Shown piece after piece: positions 49,179 through 58,916 of a stretch of DNA of 64,000 nt. How positions within the stretch are numbered: position 1 is the stretch's first letter; each line of letters begins with the position of its first letter. The translations under genes and the position numbers were made by a program. The DNA is from Candidatus Eiseniibacteriota bacterium. GTDB taxonomy: Bacteria; Eisenbacteria; RBG-16-71-46; CAIMUX01; VGJL01. Location: positions 320,001-384,000 of the forward strand of contig CAWBWI010000001.1 in the NCBI GenBank assembly GCA_963792585.1, read 5' to 3'. Below the pieces are notes generated by a model. The model worked only from the letters and a program-made list of their open reading frames with translations. It did no database searches and was not told the DNA's origin.

Positions 49179-51989
49179 GTGATCCACGCGCTCCGCATCG
49201 GCCTTCGTAGGGCCTGCGTGCCGGTCGCGCTGCTCCTTCTGGGGGCCGCGGGACCTGTCCACGCGCAGTTCCTCACCTTCGGGAAGAACAAGGTTCAGTA
49301 CTACCACTTCGACTGGCACGTCCTCGAGAGCCCCCATTTCCGGCTCTATTTCTATCCGGAGGAGGAGCCGCTCGCCCGCATCGCTCTCGAGATGGGGGAG
49401 GAGGGATATGACCGTCTCCGGCGTCTATTCGCCGTCGAGGTCGGCCAGCCTGTGCCCCTGATCATCTATTCGAGCCACCAGGACTTCGAGCAGACGAACG
49501 TCACCTCCTCGATGCTGCCGGAGGGGGTGGCCGGCTTCACCGAGTTCGGGCGCGGCCGCGTCCTGATCCCGTTCAGCGGTTCGCTCGATGAGTTCCGCAC
49601 CACGATTCATCACGAGCTGGTCCACGTCTTTCAGCTCGAACTCGAAGCGAGGATCTTCACCAAGCGGGCGCGGACGAATATGCCCGCAATCCCCCTCTGG
49701 TTCGTCGAAGGGCTTGCCGTGCACGCTTCCGAGGGACGGGACACCGAGGCCGACATGGTCGTGCGGGACATGGTTCTCGCCGGTCGCCTTCCCGCGATTC
49801 GAGATTTCTGGCGCTACGATGGAACCTTCACCCTCTACAAGCTCGGGCAGTCCGTTCTGGATTTCATAGGCGAGACCTACGGAGAAGACCGTATCCGCGC
49901 GATCTACGAAGGGCTCGCGATCTATCCCAGCTTCGAGGATGCGTTGCGGGAGGCGCTGGGAACGACGCCGGACGATCTGTCGGACCGCTGGGCATTCGAG
50001 ATGCGGCGTCGCTATTTCCCCGACGTGACCGGCGCGGAGCCGATCATGTTCCAGAGCCGACGCCTGACGCGCGGGCCCGTCGACCTGGGCGCCGTCCCGA
50101 TTCCTGCGGGAATCGCGGGCTACGAAGATCGATTCCTCTTCCTATCGCCTCGCACCGGATACACGGACATCTACTGCGCTTCGTTGTCGGGGCTCGAGAA
50201 GGGGGTGGAGACGCTGGTCCACGGGGAGCGGCAGGCGCGGTTCGAGTCGCTCCACCCATTCCGGGCGAGGATGGACGTCAACGGGGCGGGCGAACTGCTC
50301 TTCGTGTCGCAGCGCGGGGGCGAGGACGTCATGTACATCTACTCGCTGAAGGAACGGCGGGTGGTGGAGGACTACGCCTTCGACGATCTCGCGGGGTTGC
50401 GGGGGCCGAGCTGGGCCTCCGACGGCAGGCGATTCGTCTTCTCCGGGCTCTCGCGCGGGGGGCAATCGGATCTCTACATCTACGACCGGGACTCGAGTCT
50501 GCTCGACCGACTGACCAACGATCGGTATGAGGACACCGATCCGAGCTGGGAGCCCGGGCGGGAGCGCGTGGTTTTCGTTTCCGATCGTGGTCCGGGCGAT
50601 GGGAAGGGAAAGAACCTCTTCCTGTGCGATCTCGGCGATCGCTCGGTGCGCTACATGACCCGTGGGACATGGCGGGACTCCAGTCCGTCATGGACTCCCG
50701 ACGGGGCCCATGTCGTCTTCTCTTCGGACCGGGACGGGATCTTCGGAATCTACCGGGTGGATGTGCATGGTCGAGGCGGCCGGATCCTCGGGGGCATCGA
50801 AGGGCTGCTCGCCCCCCGTGTGACCCCCGATGGGCGGCGCGTCCTCTTCTCGAGCTTTGAGGGAGGGCAATTCCGGGTGCACATTGCCGGACTTCCCGCG
50901 CCGGTGGACTCGATGCCGGTCCTGGCATCGCTGCGGCCCGAGGATCGCCCGCCCTGGCGATGGAGCTCCCCGGTCGGCGACATTCCTGCGCGCCGCGAGC
51001 GTTACCGTTCGAGGCTCGGCCTCGAGATCGCGCAGGGCGGCGTCGCGCTCGATCCGAACTTCCGAGGGGGCGAGGGGGTGCAGGCGCTGCTGGCCGACCT
51101 GATGGGCAACCACCTGCTCTTCCTCCAGCTGGGCAATGCGACCTTCAGCGGCTCGAACTTCATCCGCAACTTCTCGGCGGGCGCGAGTTACGTGAACCTG
51201 GCGCACCGGGTGAACTACGGCGTGTCGGTCTTTCACTTCGTCGGCGATTACCTTGACGAGTTCGGACTTCCGTACAGGGACCGGCGCCTCGGCGGGTCGG
51301 CGATCGTGAGCTACCCGTTCTCGAAGTTCCAGCGAGTCGAGTTGGTGAATGGGCTCGCCTATGCGGAAACCGATCGGATCGCCACCGGATTCCACCGCAA
51401 CGGCACGGTGGCGCAACACAGCATCGCCTGGATTCGCGACACCTCTCTGTGGCTCTCGACCGGACCGATCGACGGCTATCGAATGAATCTGACCTTGGGG
51501 ACGACGATGGATGTCGGCAAGGGGCGCAACGAAAGCTCCTTGGGTCTGGCCGACTACCGGCGTTACGTCCGACTCTCGACCTACAGCGCCTATGCCGTGC
51601 GGGCCCAAGGGCTCTACAGCGATGGGCCGAATCCGCGGACCTTCTTCATCGGCGGCTCCTTGAACCTCCGCGGCTATCCCCGGGACCGCCTGCAGGGAAC
51701 GCGCAGCGTCCAGCTCAATCAGGAACTTCGTTTCCCGCTCGTCCAGCGCTGGATGTTTCAGCTCCCGATCGGGGCGCTCGAGTTTCCCTCGATCCAGGGG
51801 GCGGTCTTCGCCGATGCGGGCTCGGCATGGAGTCGGGGCTCGCCCGATTGGGTCGGCAGCTTCGGGACCGGGCTGAGGATGGGTCTCGGCGGCTTCCTCG
51901 TGCTGCGCCTCGACGCATCGCGCCGGACCGACTTCCGCAGCGTGGGAAAGCGAACCCACTGGGACTTCTTCATCGGGTGGAATTACTGA
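49179..51989 (+). CDS. Omp85-superfamily protein: HExxH peptidase (MA-like) domain, PD40/TolB-like propeller and beta-barrel; no POTRA
   Basis: Signal peptide, FGKNKVQY, HHELVHVFQ...PLWFVEGLA, repeated PSW..DG..VF.SDR, barrel motifs NLRGY and FADAG, C-terminal WNY. Confidence 0.85.
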   Translation: MIHALRIGLRRACVPVALLLLGAAGPVHAQFLTFGKNKVQYYHFDWHVLESPHFRLYFYPEEEPLARIALEMGEEGYDRLRRLFAVEVGQPVPLIIYSSHQDFEQTNVTSSMLPEGVAGFTEFGRGRVLIPFSGSLDEFRTTIHHELVHVFQLELEARIFTKRARTNMPAIPLWFVEGLAVHASEGRDTEADMVVRDMVLAGRLPAIRDFWRYDGTFTLYKLGQSVLDFIGETYGEDRIRAIYEGLAIYPSFEDALREALGTTPDDLSDRWAFEMRRRYFPDVTGAEPIMFQSRRLTRGPVDLGAVPIPAGIAGYEDRFLFLSPRTGYTDIYCASLSGLEKGVETLVHGERQARFESLHPFRARMDVNGAGELLFVSQRGGEDVMYIYSLKERRVVEDYAFDDLAGLRGPSWASDGRRFVFSGLSRGGQSDLYIYDRDSSLLDRLTNDRYEDTDPSWEPGRERVVFVSDRGPGDGKGKNLFLCDLGDRSVRYMTRGTWRDSSPSWTPDGAHVVFSSDRDGIFGIYRVDVHGRGGRILGGIEGLLAPRVTPDGRRVLFSSFEGGQFRVHIAGLPAPVDSMPVLASLRPEDRPPWRWSSPVGDIPARRERYRSRLGLEIAQGGVALDPNFRGGEGVQALLADLMGNHLLFLQLGNATFSGSNFIRNFSAGASYVNLAHRVNYGVSVFHFVGDYLDEFGLPYRDRRLGGSAIVSYPFSKFQRVELVNGLAYAETDRIATGFHRNGTVAQHSIAWIRDTSLWLSTGPIDGYRMNLTLGTTMDVGKGRNESSLGLADYRRYVRLSTYSAYAVRAQGLYSDGPNPRTFFIGGSLNLRGYPRDRLQGTRSVQLNQELRFPLVQRWMFQLPIGALEFPSIQGAVFADAGSAWSRGSPDWVGSFGTGLRMGLGGFLVLRLDASRRTDFRSVGKRTHWDFFIGWNY

Positions 51990-53023
51990 TGCGTCTGATT
52001 CTCCTCGCCCTCGCGCTCGCGTCGATCCCGGCGGCCGTGCCGGCGGCCGACACCCCGCGTGTGCTGTGGGAAACGCGGCCCGTGCGCGCGCCCGCCGTCG
52101 CTCCGGCGCTTTCGGGCGACACGCTGTGGGTGGCGGGATCGGAACGGCGCCTCGTGAGCATGGACGCCCGCACGGGGAAGAAACACTGGAGGCGCACGCT
52201 TCCGGCTTCGGCGAGCGTCAGTCCGGTGGCGGCGAGCGACCGCCTCCTCGTCGGGGTGGGGGAACTCCAACCGACCCTGGTGGCCATCGATCGCCACCGC
52301 GGTCGCACTCTCTGGAGCAGGCGGCTCGCCGCGGTGCCGGTGGCGGTCCTTGTCCGTGACAGCCTCTCGATCGTCGTCGGCGTTGACGGCAAGGTCGAGG
52401 CGTTCCGTCTCGAAGACGGCGCGCCCCGCTGGACGCAGGAGACCGGGCATCGGCTCGCCGGGGCCGCAGTTAGTGGGAGTTCCATTTGTGTGATCGCGCG
52501 CGCCGATTCCATCTGGCTGCTCGAGGCGGACTCGGGACGACGGCGCGCGGCGCGGCGCATTTCGGGAATACGGAGCGCCCCGCCCACTTCGACGGGGGAT
52601 CGGTTCTTCTGCCCGCGCTACGACGGCGTCCTTCTCGCGTTCGACGCCGGGACGGGTGAGGTGACCGACTCCATCTCGGCCCCCGCCCCCCAGATCGCGC
52701 GCGTTTCGGTCCATGGGGATCGAGTCGTCGCGGTAGCGACGGGCGGCGAGGTTGTCTGCTATCGAATTCCCGGACTCATCGAGGAATGGAGTCGCGCGAC
52801 CGGCGAGACCGTTTCGACCGGCGCGCTCGCATGGAACGAAGGCTGGGTCGTTCTCACCGAAAAGGGCCGAGTGCTGGGCCTGACGGGGGATCGCGGACAG
52901 ATCGCGTGGAGCCTGCAGTTCTCCAGTCCCATAACGACGCCGGCCGTCTGCAGCGACCGGCTCCTAGCCATCATCGACAATCGTGGGAGGGTCGTGGTGC
53001 ACGCCATCGACGGAACGCCGTGA
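51989..53023 (+). CDS. Exported PQQ-like beta-propeller protein (BamB-like)
   Basis: Signal peptide; repeated DARTGKKHW / DRHRGRTLW / LEDGAPRW / DRGQIAW blades; TGATG coupling. Confidence 0.78.
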   Translation: MRLILLALALASIPAAVPAADTPRVLWETRPVRAPAVAPALSGDTLWVAGSERRLVSMDARTGKKHWRRTLPASASVSPVAASDRLLVGVGELQPTLVAIDRHRGRTLWSRRLAAVPVAVLVRDSLSIVVGVDGKVEAFRLEDGAPRWTQETGHRLAGAAVSGSSICVIARADSIWLLEADSGRRRAARRISGIRSAPPTSTGDRFFCPRYDGVLLAFDAGTGEVTDSISAPAPQIARVSVHGDRVVAVATGGEVVCYRIPGLIEEWSRATGETVSTGALAWNEGWVVLTEKGRVLGLTGDRGQIAWSLQFSSPITTPAVCSDRLLAIIDNRGRVVVHAIDGTP

Positions 53024-53805
53024 GAACGCGGGCGGTCGTGACGGTTCTACTCGCCCTCGCGTGCGCCGCGCCGGCGCGGGCAGCCCTTGTTCGGATCGTG
53101 TCGGAACCGGCGGGTCTGGACGCGTGGGCGGAGGAGCGATACCTTGGTCGAACGCCGACGGAAGTCCTCATCTCCTCCGGACGGGTCAAGCTGCGCTTGG
53201 CAGTCCCCTCCGAGTCGATTTTCGTCGCGCCGATCGCGGACACGACGGTGACCCTCTCCGAGGCGGAGACCCTTACGGTTCGGATCCTGACCGCGAAGAT
53301 CGTGACGGTGCGGAGCCGGCCGTTCGACTTGCCCTTGCTCCGCGACGGCATGCAGATCGGGCGGACCCCCCTCGACTTTCCCCTCGATCCGCGGCGATCC
53401 GGACGGATCGATCTACTCACCCCCTCGGGTCGGGTCGCGGTTCCCACCGACTCTCTGCTCGCGAAGGGGAGCTGGACCTGGATGGGGGGAGCGGGCGTTG
53501 CGGAGCCTGCTGCGGACGGGCCGCGATCGACCCTGCGGAGACTCGGACGGTATGTCGCGCCCGGCCTCGCCATCGGCCTCGCCGCGTCGGGCACCCTGGT
53601 CAAGGACGCGGCGGATCGATCCTACGATCGGTATCGCAGAAGTGCCGACCCGACGAAGATCCGCCGGCTTTTCGATGAGTCGCGGCGGCGCGACACCATC
53701 GCCACGGCCCTCTGGATGGGTGCGGAAGCCTGCATCATCACCTCCGTCATCGCGTGGATCCTGCCGGATCGCGCGCCCGGTCCACCCGCAGAGGAGCGGC
53801 CGTGA
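53020..53805 (+). CDS. PEGA-domain protein with C-terminal hydrophobic helices
   Basis: IVSEPAGLDAW..YLGRTP and VRSRPFD..DGMQIGRTP repeats; two hydrophobic C-terminal segments. Confidence 0.72.
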   Translation: MRTRAVVTVLLALACAAPARAALVRIVSEPAGLDAWAEERYLGRTPTEVLISSGRVKLRLAVPSESIFVAPIADTTVTLSEAETLTVRILTAKIVTVRSRPFDLPLLRDGMQIGRTPLDFPLDPRRSGRIDLLTPSGRVAVPTDSLLAKGSWTWMGGAGVAEPAADGPRSTLRRLGRYVAPGLAIGLAASGTLVKDAADRSYDRYRRSADPTKIRRLFDESRRRDTIATALWMGAEACIITSVIAWILPDRAPGPPAEERP

Positions 53806-55037
53806 CCCGGAAGATCCTCACCGGCGCTCTGCTCTTCACGGCCTTGCTCCTGGGATGCGAGGGGCGCGATCACACGAATCCATTCGATCCGTCGAACCCG
53901 GACACGGGGGGAGTGCCGCCGCTGCTCGACGCGCGTGCTCAAAACGGATCGGTCTCCCTCGCATGGGACATCGGTCGCCTGGAAGGCATCCGCCTGCTGC
54001 GGGTCTACCGTCGTGAGGGCGGCCTCGAGCCGGTTCTGCTCACGCCGGACGGCCTCGGCCCCGAACAACGGGCGGTCGCCGACGGGCACGTGGTCAACGG
54101 GGCCTCCTACGCCTATCGGCTGGAACTCGAACTCGACTCGGGGGCGCGGCCCTCGAGCGACTGGGATGAAGCGACCCCCGGGACCGCGGTCGCCTGGTTC
54201 GCAGACAGCGACGGTGGAGGGCTCGGCCGGCTGAGCGCCGACGGCCGGGATCTGATCGGACGGGTTCGCGAAGGTCTCTGGTACCTCGATATCGTCCCCG
54301 ACTCGGCCGAAGGCGGTTTCTGGGCGGCGGAATACCTCGAAGGCTCGCTCGAGCTCTACCGCCGGGATGGTACCCGGCTGGTGCATCACGCCGTACCGGG
54401 AGCACGGGCGCTCGCCCTCGAACCGGGCGGAGCAAACGTCTGGGTCGGCTCCTTCTCGACGGGGATCCTCGAGCGCCGCACCCGCGCCGGGGATCTCGCC
54501 TGGTCCGATCCGGAAGCGGGACCGATCGACGCCCTCACCTCGCCCCGAGCGGGTGAGGTGTGGGCCGCCTGCGCGACCGGTGAGGTGCGGTTCTACCGCG
54601 ACGATGAACGGCTCTTCACGATCGCCGACTTCGTGCGCCCCGTCGCCTTCGCATCATCGGGAGGCAATCGGCTCTTCGTGCTCGACCACGACGCGCGCGA
54701 TGTCCGCGTGTTCGACCACGCTGGGTTTCCCCTCGGAGGAACCGGCGCGATCTTCGCGAGTCCGACCGACATCGATGGCGATGGCTCGGGCGGGATCTGG
54801 GTCGCCGATGCGGGACGCGGAGGACTCGTCCACCTCGACGGCCAGCTGCGAGAAATCGGAGTGCTGCCCGCAGCCGGCGTGCTCGGCGTGACGTGGGACC
54901 CCCAGGAGCGACTTCTCTGGACCGTGGGAGACGGTCACGTGCGGAGATTCGATCCGGATGGAACCCTGGTCAGCGATCTGTCGGTGGGCGTGCGACCGGT
55001 GAAGCTGGCCCTGTTCCACGAAGCGGATCCGCAGTGA
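53802..55037 (+). CDS. Lipoprotein with FN3-like domain and NHL/YVTN-like beta-propeller
   Basis: Lipobox LLLGC followed by NPFDP; SVSLAW..VYRR; repeated PTDIDGD..GIWVAD blades. Confidence 0.72.
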   Translation: MTRKILTGALLFTALLLGCEGRDHTNPFDPSNPDTGGVPPLLDARAQNGSVSLAWDIGRLEGIRLLRVYRREGGLEPVLLTPDGLGPEQRAVADGHVVNGASYAYRLELELDSGARPSSDWDEATPGTAVAWFADSDGGGLGRLSADGRDLIGRVREGLWYLDIVPDSAEGGFWAAEYLEGSLELYRRDGTRLVHHAVPGARALALEPGGANVWVGSFSTGILERRTRAGDLAWSDPEAGPIDALTSPRAGEVWAACATGEVRFYRDDERLFTIADFVRPVAFASSGGNRLFVLDHDARDVRVFDHAGFPLGGTGAIFASPTDIDGDGSGGIWVADAGRGGLVHLDGQLREIGVLPAAGVLGVTWDPQERLLWTVGDGHVRRFDPDGTLVSDLSVGVRPVKLALFHEADPQ

Positions 55038-55897
55038 TCTTCTTCACGCAGGGCGCGTACGTGCCAGAGCGCGATGCGCGCGTCTCGGTCCTCGATCGGG
55101 GATTCCTCTTCGGCGACTCGGTGTATGAGACCGTGCGGGCCCACCACGGTCGGATCCTCTTCTGGAAGGACCACAGCGCGCGGTTGAGACACTCCGCACA
55201 CGCGTTGGGCATCCCGATCGGATCCGCCGATCCCGATCCGCTGGAGATTCTTCGCGAACTCCTGAGGAGGAACAGGCTCGAGGACGCCCGCATGCGGATC
55301 ATCGTGACGCGCGGTGTGGGTGCCGGCTATGAGTTCGAGGGGCTAACGCCCACATGGGTGGTGACCTGCGAGCCGTTCGAGCCCCCTTCGGAGGACACCT
55401 ACGCGGAGGGCGTGGACGTCGTGATCGTCGGGATCACGAGACACGCGGTCGCAAGTCTGAACCCGGAGATCAAATCGAGCAATCTGCTCAACAATATCCT
55501 CGCGCGGCGGGAGGCGATGGCCGCCGGGGCCGTCGAGGGGCTCCTCCTCAATCCCGAAGGTTTCGTGGCCGAGGGGGCGCACAGCAACGTCTTCTGGGTC
55601 GCCGCCGACGGCGCCGTCTGCACCCCCTCGCTCTCGGTGGGAATCCTGCCGGGCATCACGCGCATGAAGCTGATCGAACGCGCGCGCGCCGAGGGCTTCA
55701 GCGTCCGCGAGATCCATGCCCGGCGCGGCGAACTCGAGGGAGCCAAGGAGATCTTTCTGACGAGCACATCGTGGGAGGCCCTGAGCGTCGCGCGACTGGA
55801 CGGGCGACCGGTGGGCGGTGGTAGAAGGGGCGCAATCGCGCAGATGCTGCGCGATCGACTGCGGGCCCTGTACGAGCGCGAGGAGGAGACGGAATGA
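55034..55897 (+). CDS. Class IV PLP aminotransferase (D-amino-acid/BCAT/ADC-lyase family)
   Basis: [42 protein letters not shown]. Confidence 0.9.
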   Translation: MIFFTQGAYVPERDARVSVLDRGFLFGDSVYETVRAHHGRILFWKDHSARLRHSAHALGIPIGSADPDPLEILRELLRRNRLEDARMRIIVTRGVGAGYEFEGLTPTWVVTCEPFEPPSEDTYAEGVDVVIVGITRHAVASLNPEIKSSNLLNNILARREAMAAGAVEGLLLNPEGFVAEGAHSNVFWVAADGAVCTPSLSVGILPGITRMKLIERARAEGFSVREIHARRGELEGAKEIFLTSTSWEALSVARLDGRPVGGGRRGAIAQMLRDRLRALYEREEETE

Positions 55898-56931
55898 TCC
55901 GCGGAATCGACCTGCGCAGCGACACGGTCACCAAGCCGACGCCGGAGATGCGGAAAGCCATCGCGGAGGCGGAGGTCGGCGACGATGTCTTCATGGAGGA
56001 TCCTACGGTTCGTCGCCTCGAGGAGACGGTCGCTACGATCCTGGGCAAGGAGGCGGCCCTCTTCGTCCCGAGCGGCACGATGGCCAACCAGATCGCCGTT
56101 GCGGCGCATACCCGGCCGGGGGACGAGGTATTGCTCGAGGCGGAGAGCCACGTCTTTCTCTACGAGGGGGGCGGTGCGGCCGCAATCTCGGGGGCGCAGA
56201 TCCGCGCCATTCCGGGGAACCGCGGCCTCGTCGAGGCGAGCGTGCTCGCGTCCTCCATCAGACCGAGCAATGTCCACTACCCGCCCGCAACACTCCTGGT
56301 GCTGGAGAATACCCACAACCGGTCAGGGGGACGCGTGCTTCCCCTGGAGGGCATGAAGGCGACCGCGCAGGCGGCGCGCGACGCCGGGCTCCGCGTGCAC
56401 CTCGACGGTGCGCGGATCTGGAACGCATCGGTCGCCTCCGGGATCCCGGAATCGACCTATGCCGCCCTGTGCGATTCGGTCGGCTGCTGCCTGTCGAAGG
56501 GCCTCGGCGCGCCGGTGGGATCGCTCGTTGCCGGGGACCGCGCCTTCGTAGACCGTGCGCGATTCGTTCGCAAGCGCCTCGGCGGGGGGATGCGCCAGGC
56601 GGGAATCCTCGCGGCCGCGGGACTTCACGCCCTCACGCACCATCGCGGGCGCCTGGCGGACGATCACGCGCGGGCGCAGCGTCTCGCGCAGGCTTTGAGC
56701 CGGATCGAGGAACTGGCGATCGATCCCGCCGACGTCGAGACGAACATCCTGCGGATCGGCGTGCGCGTGGCGGACCCGGACCGCTGGTGCGCCGCGGCCG
56801 AGCGCCGCGGATTGCGGATCGTCCCGTTCGGCGCCCACGCCGTCCGGGCGGTCCTGCATCTGGACGTGAGCGACGAGGATCTCAGCGAAGCAATCGCCGT
56901 CTTCGGGGAGTGCGCGCGCGAACTGCGATGA
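55894..56931 (+). CDS. ltaE: Low-specificity L-threonine aldolase
   Basis: [55 protein letters not shown]. Confidence 0.95.
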   Translation: MIRGIDLRSDTVTKPTPEMRKAIAEAEVGDDVFMEDPTVRRLEETVATILGKEAALFVPSGTMANQIAVAAHTRPGDEVLLEAESHVFLYEGGGAAAISGAQIRAIPGNRGLVEASVLASSIRPSNVHYPPATLLVLENTHNRSGGRVLPLEGMKATAQAARDAGLRVHLDGARIWNASVASGIPESTYAALCDSVGCCLSKGLGAPVGSLVAGDRAFVDRARFVRKRLGGGMRQAGILAAAGLHALTHHRGRLADDHARAQRLAQALSRIEELAIDPADVETNILRIGVRVADPDRWCAAAERRGLRIVPFGAHAVRAVLHLDVSDEDLSEAIAVFGECARELR

Positions 56932-57322
56932 GGAGTCCCCCCGCAGCCGCGGTCGCGAGATTCAGGACCAGGTGGGGCCAGCTCGCGCTCGAGCGCGCCA
57001 GGGTCCCGAAGCAGCCGCAGTCGATGTCGAGCTTGCGCAGGATCGCGGAGACGATCCCGGCGGCGAACGCCAGCGAGAGCGCGGTGAGCCAGACGAGCCC
57101 GCCGCGATAGAAGAGCCCCGTCAGGACAGCCAGAGCGGCGAGAGCTTCGAGGGCCGGGAGCCAGATCGCCAGGGCGGGGATCGCCTCGAGCGGCAGGATC
57201 CTGAAGTTGTGAATCGCCTTGGCGAACGCCCATGGGTCGATGATCTTCGGAACCGCGGCGAAGATGTAGACCCCGGCCAGTCCGATGCGAAGGAGCCAGA
57301 AGGCGATGGAGCGCCCGCTCAC
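56882..57322 (-). CDS. MauE/DoxX-family redox-associated membrane protein
   Basis: [38 protein letters not shown] coupling to the upstream gene. Confidence 0.85.
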   Translation of the reverse strand: MSGRSIAFWLLRIGLAGVYIFAAVPKIIDPWAFAKAIHNFRILPLEAIPALAIWLPALEALAALAVLTGLFYRGGLVWLTALSLAFAAGIVSAILRKLDIDCGCFGTLARSSASWPHLVLNLATAAAGGLLIAVRARTPRRRRLLR

Positions 57323-57834
57323 CACTCGCTCCCTTCCTCTTGATCGGGCAGCTCGGGATTCAGCGGGGGCGGGGGGCCGACTCCGACCGGCAATCCCGCG
57401 GCGCGCCACTCCGCAATCCCCCCCACGTAGACGGAGAGCCTTCCCTCGTGACCGCGGCTTGCGAGCGCGCGGGCGAGATCGTCCGCCCGGGAGACCTGCT
57501 CGGGCGACGCGTAGATCACGATCGGCTGTCCCTCGATCCAGGGGGCGAGATCGTCGTAGAGATCCGTCCACTCCTCGACCGGAACGTGGAATGCCCCCTG
57601 GACGTGCCCGGCCTCGAACTCATCGTTCGATCGCGCATCCAGGAAGATCGCCTTGCCAGCGCGGAACATCTCCCGGGCGCCCGGAAGGAGGAGGGCCTTC
57701 GCCTTCGATTCCACGAGGTAGTAGGCGGGGGGAAGTCGTGAGGGGAGTCCGTCGCGGCGACCCACGTTCGCGGCCACGCCGATGATCGCGGCGATCGCGG
57801 CCAGAAGGAGGGTTTCGATCAGGTGCCGGCGCAG
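57319..57834 (-). CDS. Membrane-anchored rhodanese-like protein (no active-site Cys; probable CTG start)
   Basis: FLDARS..FEAGHVQGA, IVIYASP, YVGGIAEWRAAGLPV; the N-terminal TM extends upstream of GTG 57777. Confidence 0.75.
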   Translation of the reverse strand: MRRHLIETLLLAAIAAIIGVAANVGRRDGLPSRLPPAYYLVESKAKALLLPGAREMFRAGKAIFLDARSNDEFEAGHVQGAFHVPVEEWTDLYDDLAPWIEGQPIVIYASPEQVSRADDLARALASRGHEGRLSVYVGGIAEWRAAGLPVGVGPPPPLNPELPDQEEGSEW

Positions 57835-57838
57835 GCGA

Positions 57839-58831
57839 CTATCCCCGGACGAGTCCCTGGATCCCCACCTCGATCACCGGCTGATCCGGGTCGGTCGTCT
57901 TGAGCTTGACGAGTCCGCGGAACGGTCCGGCCGGGGCGGTCCCCAGGAGGGTGAGCTTCAGGGAAAAGCCGTTCGCGCCCTCCGGCACGATCTGGCCGGT
58001 GACGAACGGCAACGTCGACTCGACCGACTCGAGACGATACGGCTTCGACCCGTCGCACTTGAGCCGCACGTTGGCGGCGGAGGTCACCCCTTTCTCCGTG
58101 ATCGCGAAATTGATGCGGGCGTCCCCGTCGATCTGAAAGTAGCTAATCACCTGGCCGCTGACCGCCAGCTCGATCGCTCGAGGAATCGCCCCGGTGGTGA
58201 ACACCGTGACGATCTTTCGGAACGGTCCGGCCGGAGCCGTCGGCTTGAGCTTCAGGACGACGTTGCACACTTCCTGGTCCCCGGCCTTCTCGGGGATGAC
58301 GGAAGTCGTGAGGTACGACTCCCCACCTTCGATCTTCTTGACGGCGAGCCCGAAGCCTGCCTTCGCCGCCAGGCGGACCGTTTGTTGCGGCGTCTCGCCG
58401 CGGCGGATCGTGCTGAATCGGACCTGGTCGCTGCTGATCTCGATGGTCGGCGTGACGTCCGCCTTGACGGCGATCTTGACGATCCGCTCCGCGGGGTCGT
58501 TCGAGCGGATCTGAAGCAGCTTCTCCTGCGGTCCCTGGTAGTCGCGCGTGCTGAAGGAGACATCGACGCGGGCGTCGGCGCCCGGCGCGATCACCGAATC
58601 CGCCAGGATCACACCCGTACAGCCGCACGAGGATTCGATCTTGAAGATCACCAGCGGCTCGTCGCCGCGGTTGCTGATGATGAGGTCGCGGTGGAGGAGT
58701 TGCTGCTGGGGGGCCTTTCCGAAATCGATGGTTCGCTCCGAAACGCGGATGAGCGGACCCTTTGCCGCAAGTGTCGGACCGGCCGCAAGCGCGACGGCGA
58801 AGCCGACCAGGATCGAAGGCAGGAAGCGCAC
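57839..58831 (-). CDS. DUF1573-domain exported protein with Ig-like repeats
   Basis: Signal peptide; IDFG..NRGDEPLVI..ESSCGCT..IAPG..SNDP. Confidence 0.82.
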   Translation of the reverse strand: MRFLPSILVGFAVALAAGPTLAAKGPLIRVSERTIDFGKAPQQQLLHRDLIISNRGDEPLVIFKIESSCGCTGVILADSVIAPGADARVDVSFSTRDYQGPQEKLLQIRSNDPAERIVKIAVKADVTPTIEISSDQVRFSTIRRGETPQQTVRLAAKAGFGLAVKKIEGGESYLTTSVIPEKAGDQEVCNVVLKLKPTAPAGPFRKIVTVFTTGAIPRAIELAVSGQVISYFQIDGDARINFAITEKGVTSAANVRLKCDGSKPYRLESVESTLPFVTGQIVPEGANGFSLKLTLLGTAPAGPFRGLVKLKTTDPDQPVIEVGIQGLVRG

Positions 58832-58869
58832 GGCGAAAACCCTCCTCGTGAAGCCGGGCCGATGGAACC

Positions 58870-58899
58870 AGGTTAGGCATCAGGACCGAACCGCGTCAA
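58870..58899 (-). promoter_or_regulatory. Sigma70-type promoter of the DUF1573 operon
   Basis: TTGACG-N18-TAACCT on the minus strand. Confidence 0.6.
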
Positions 58900-58916
58900 T
58901 CCGTGAGGGGCCTTCC

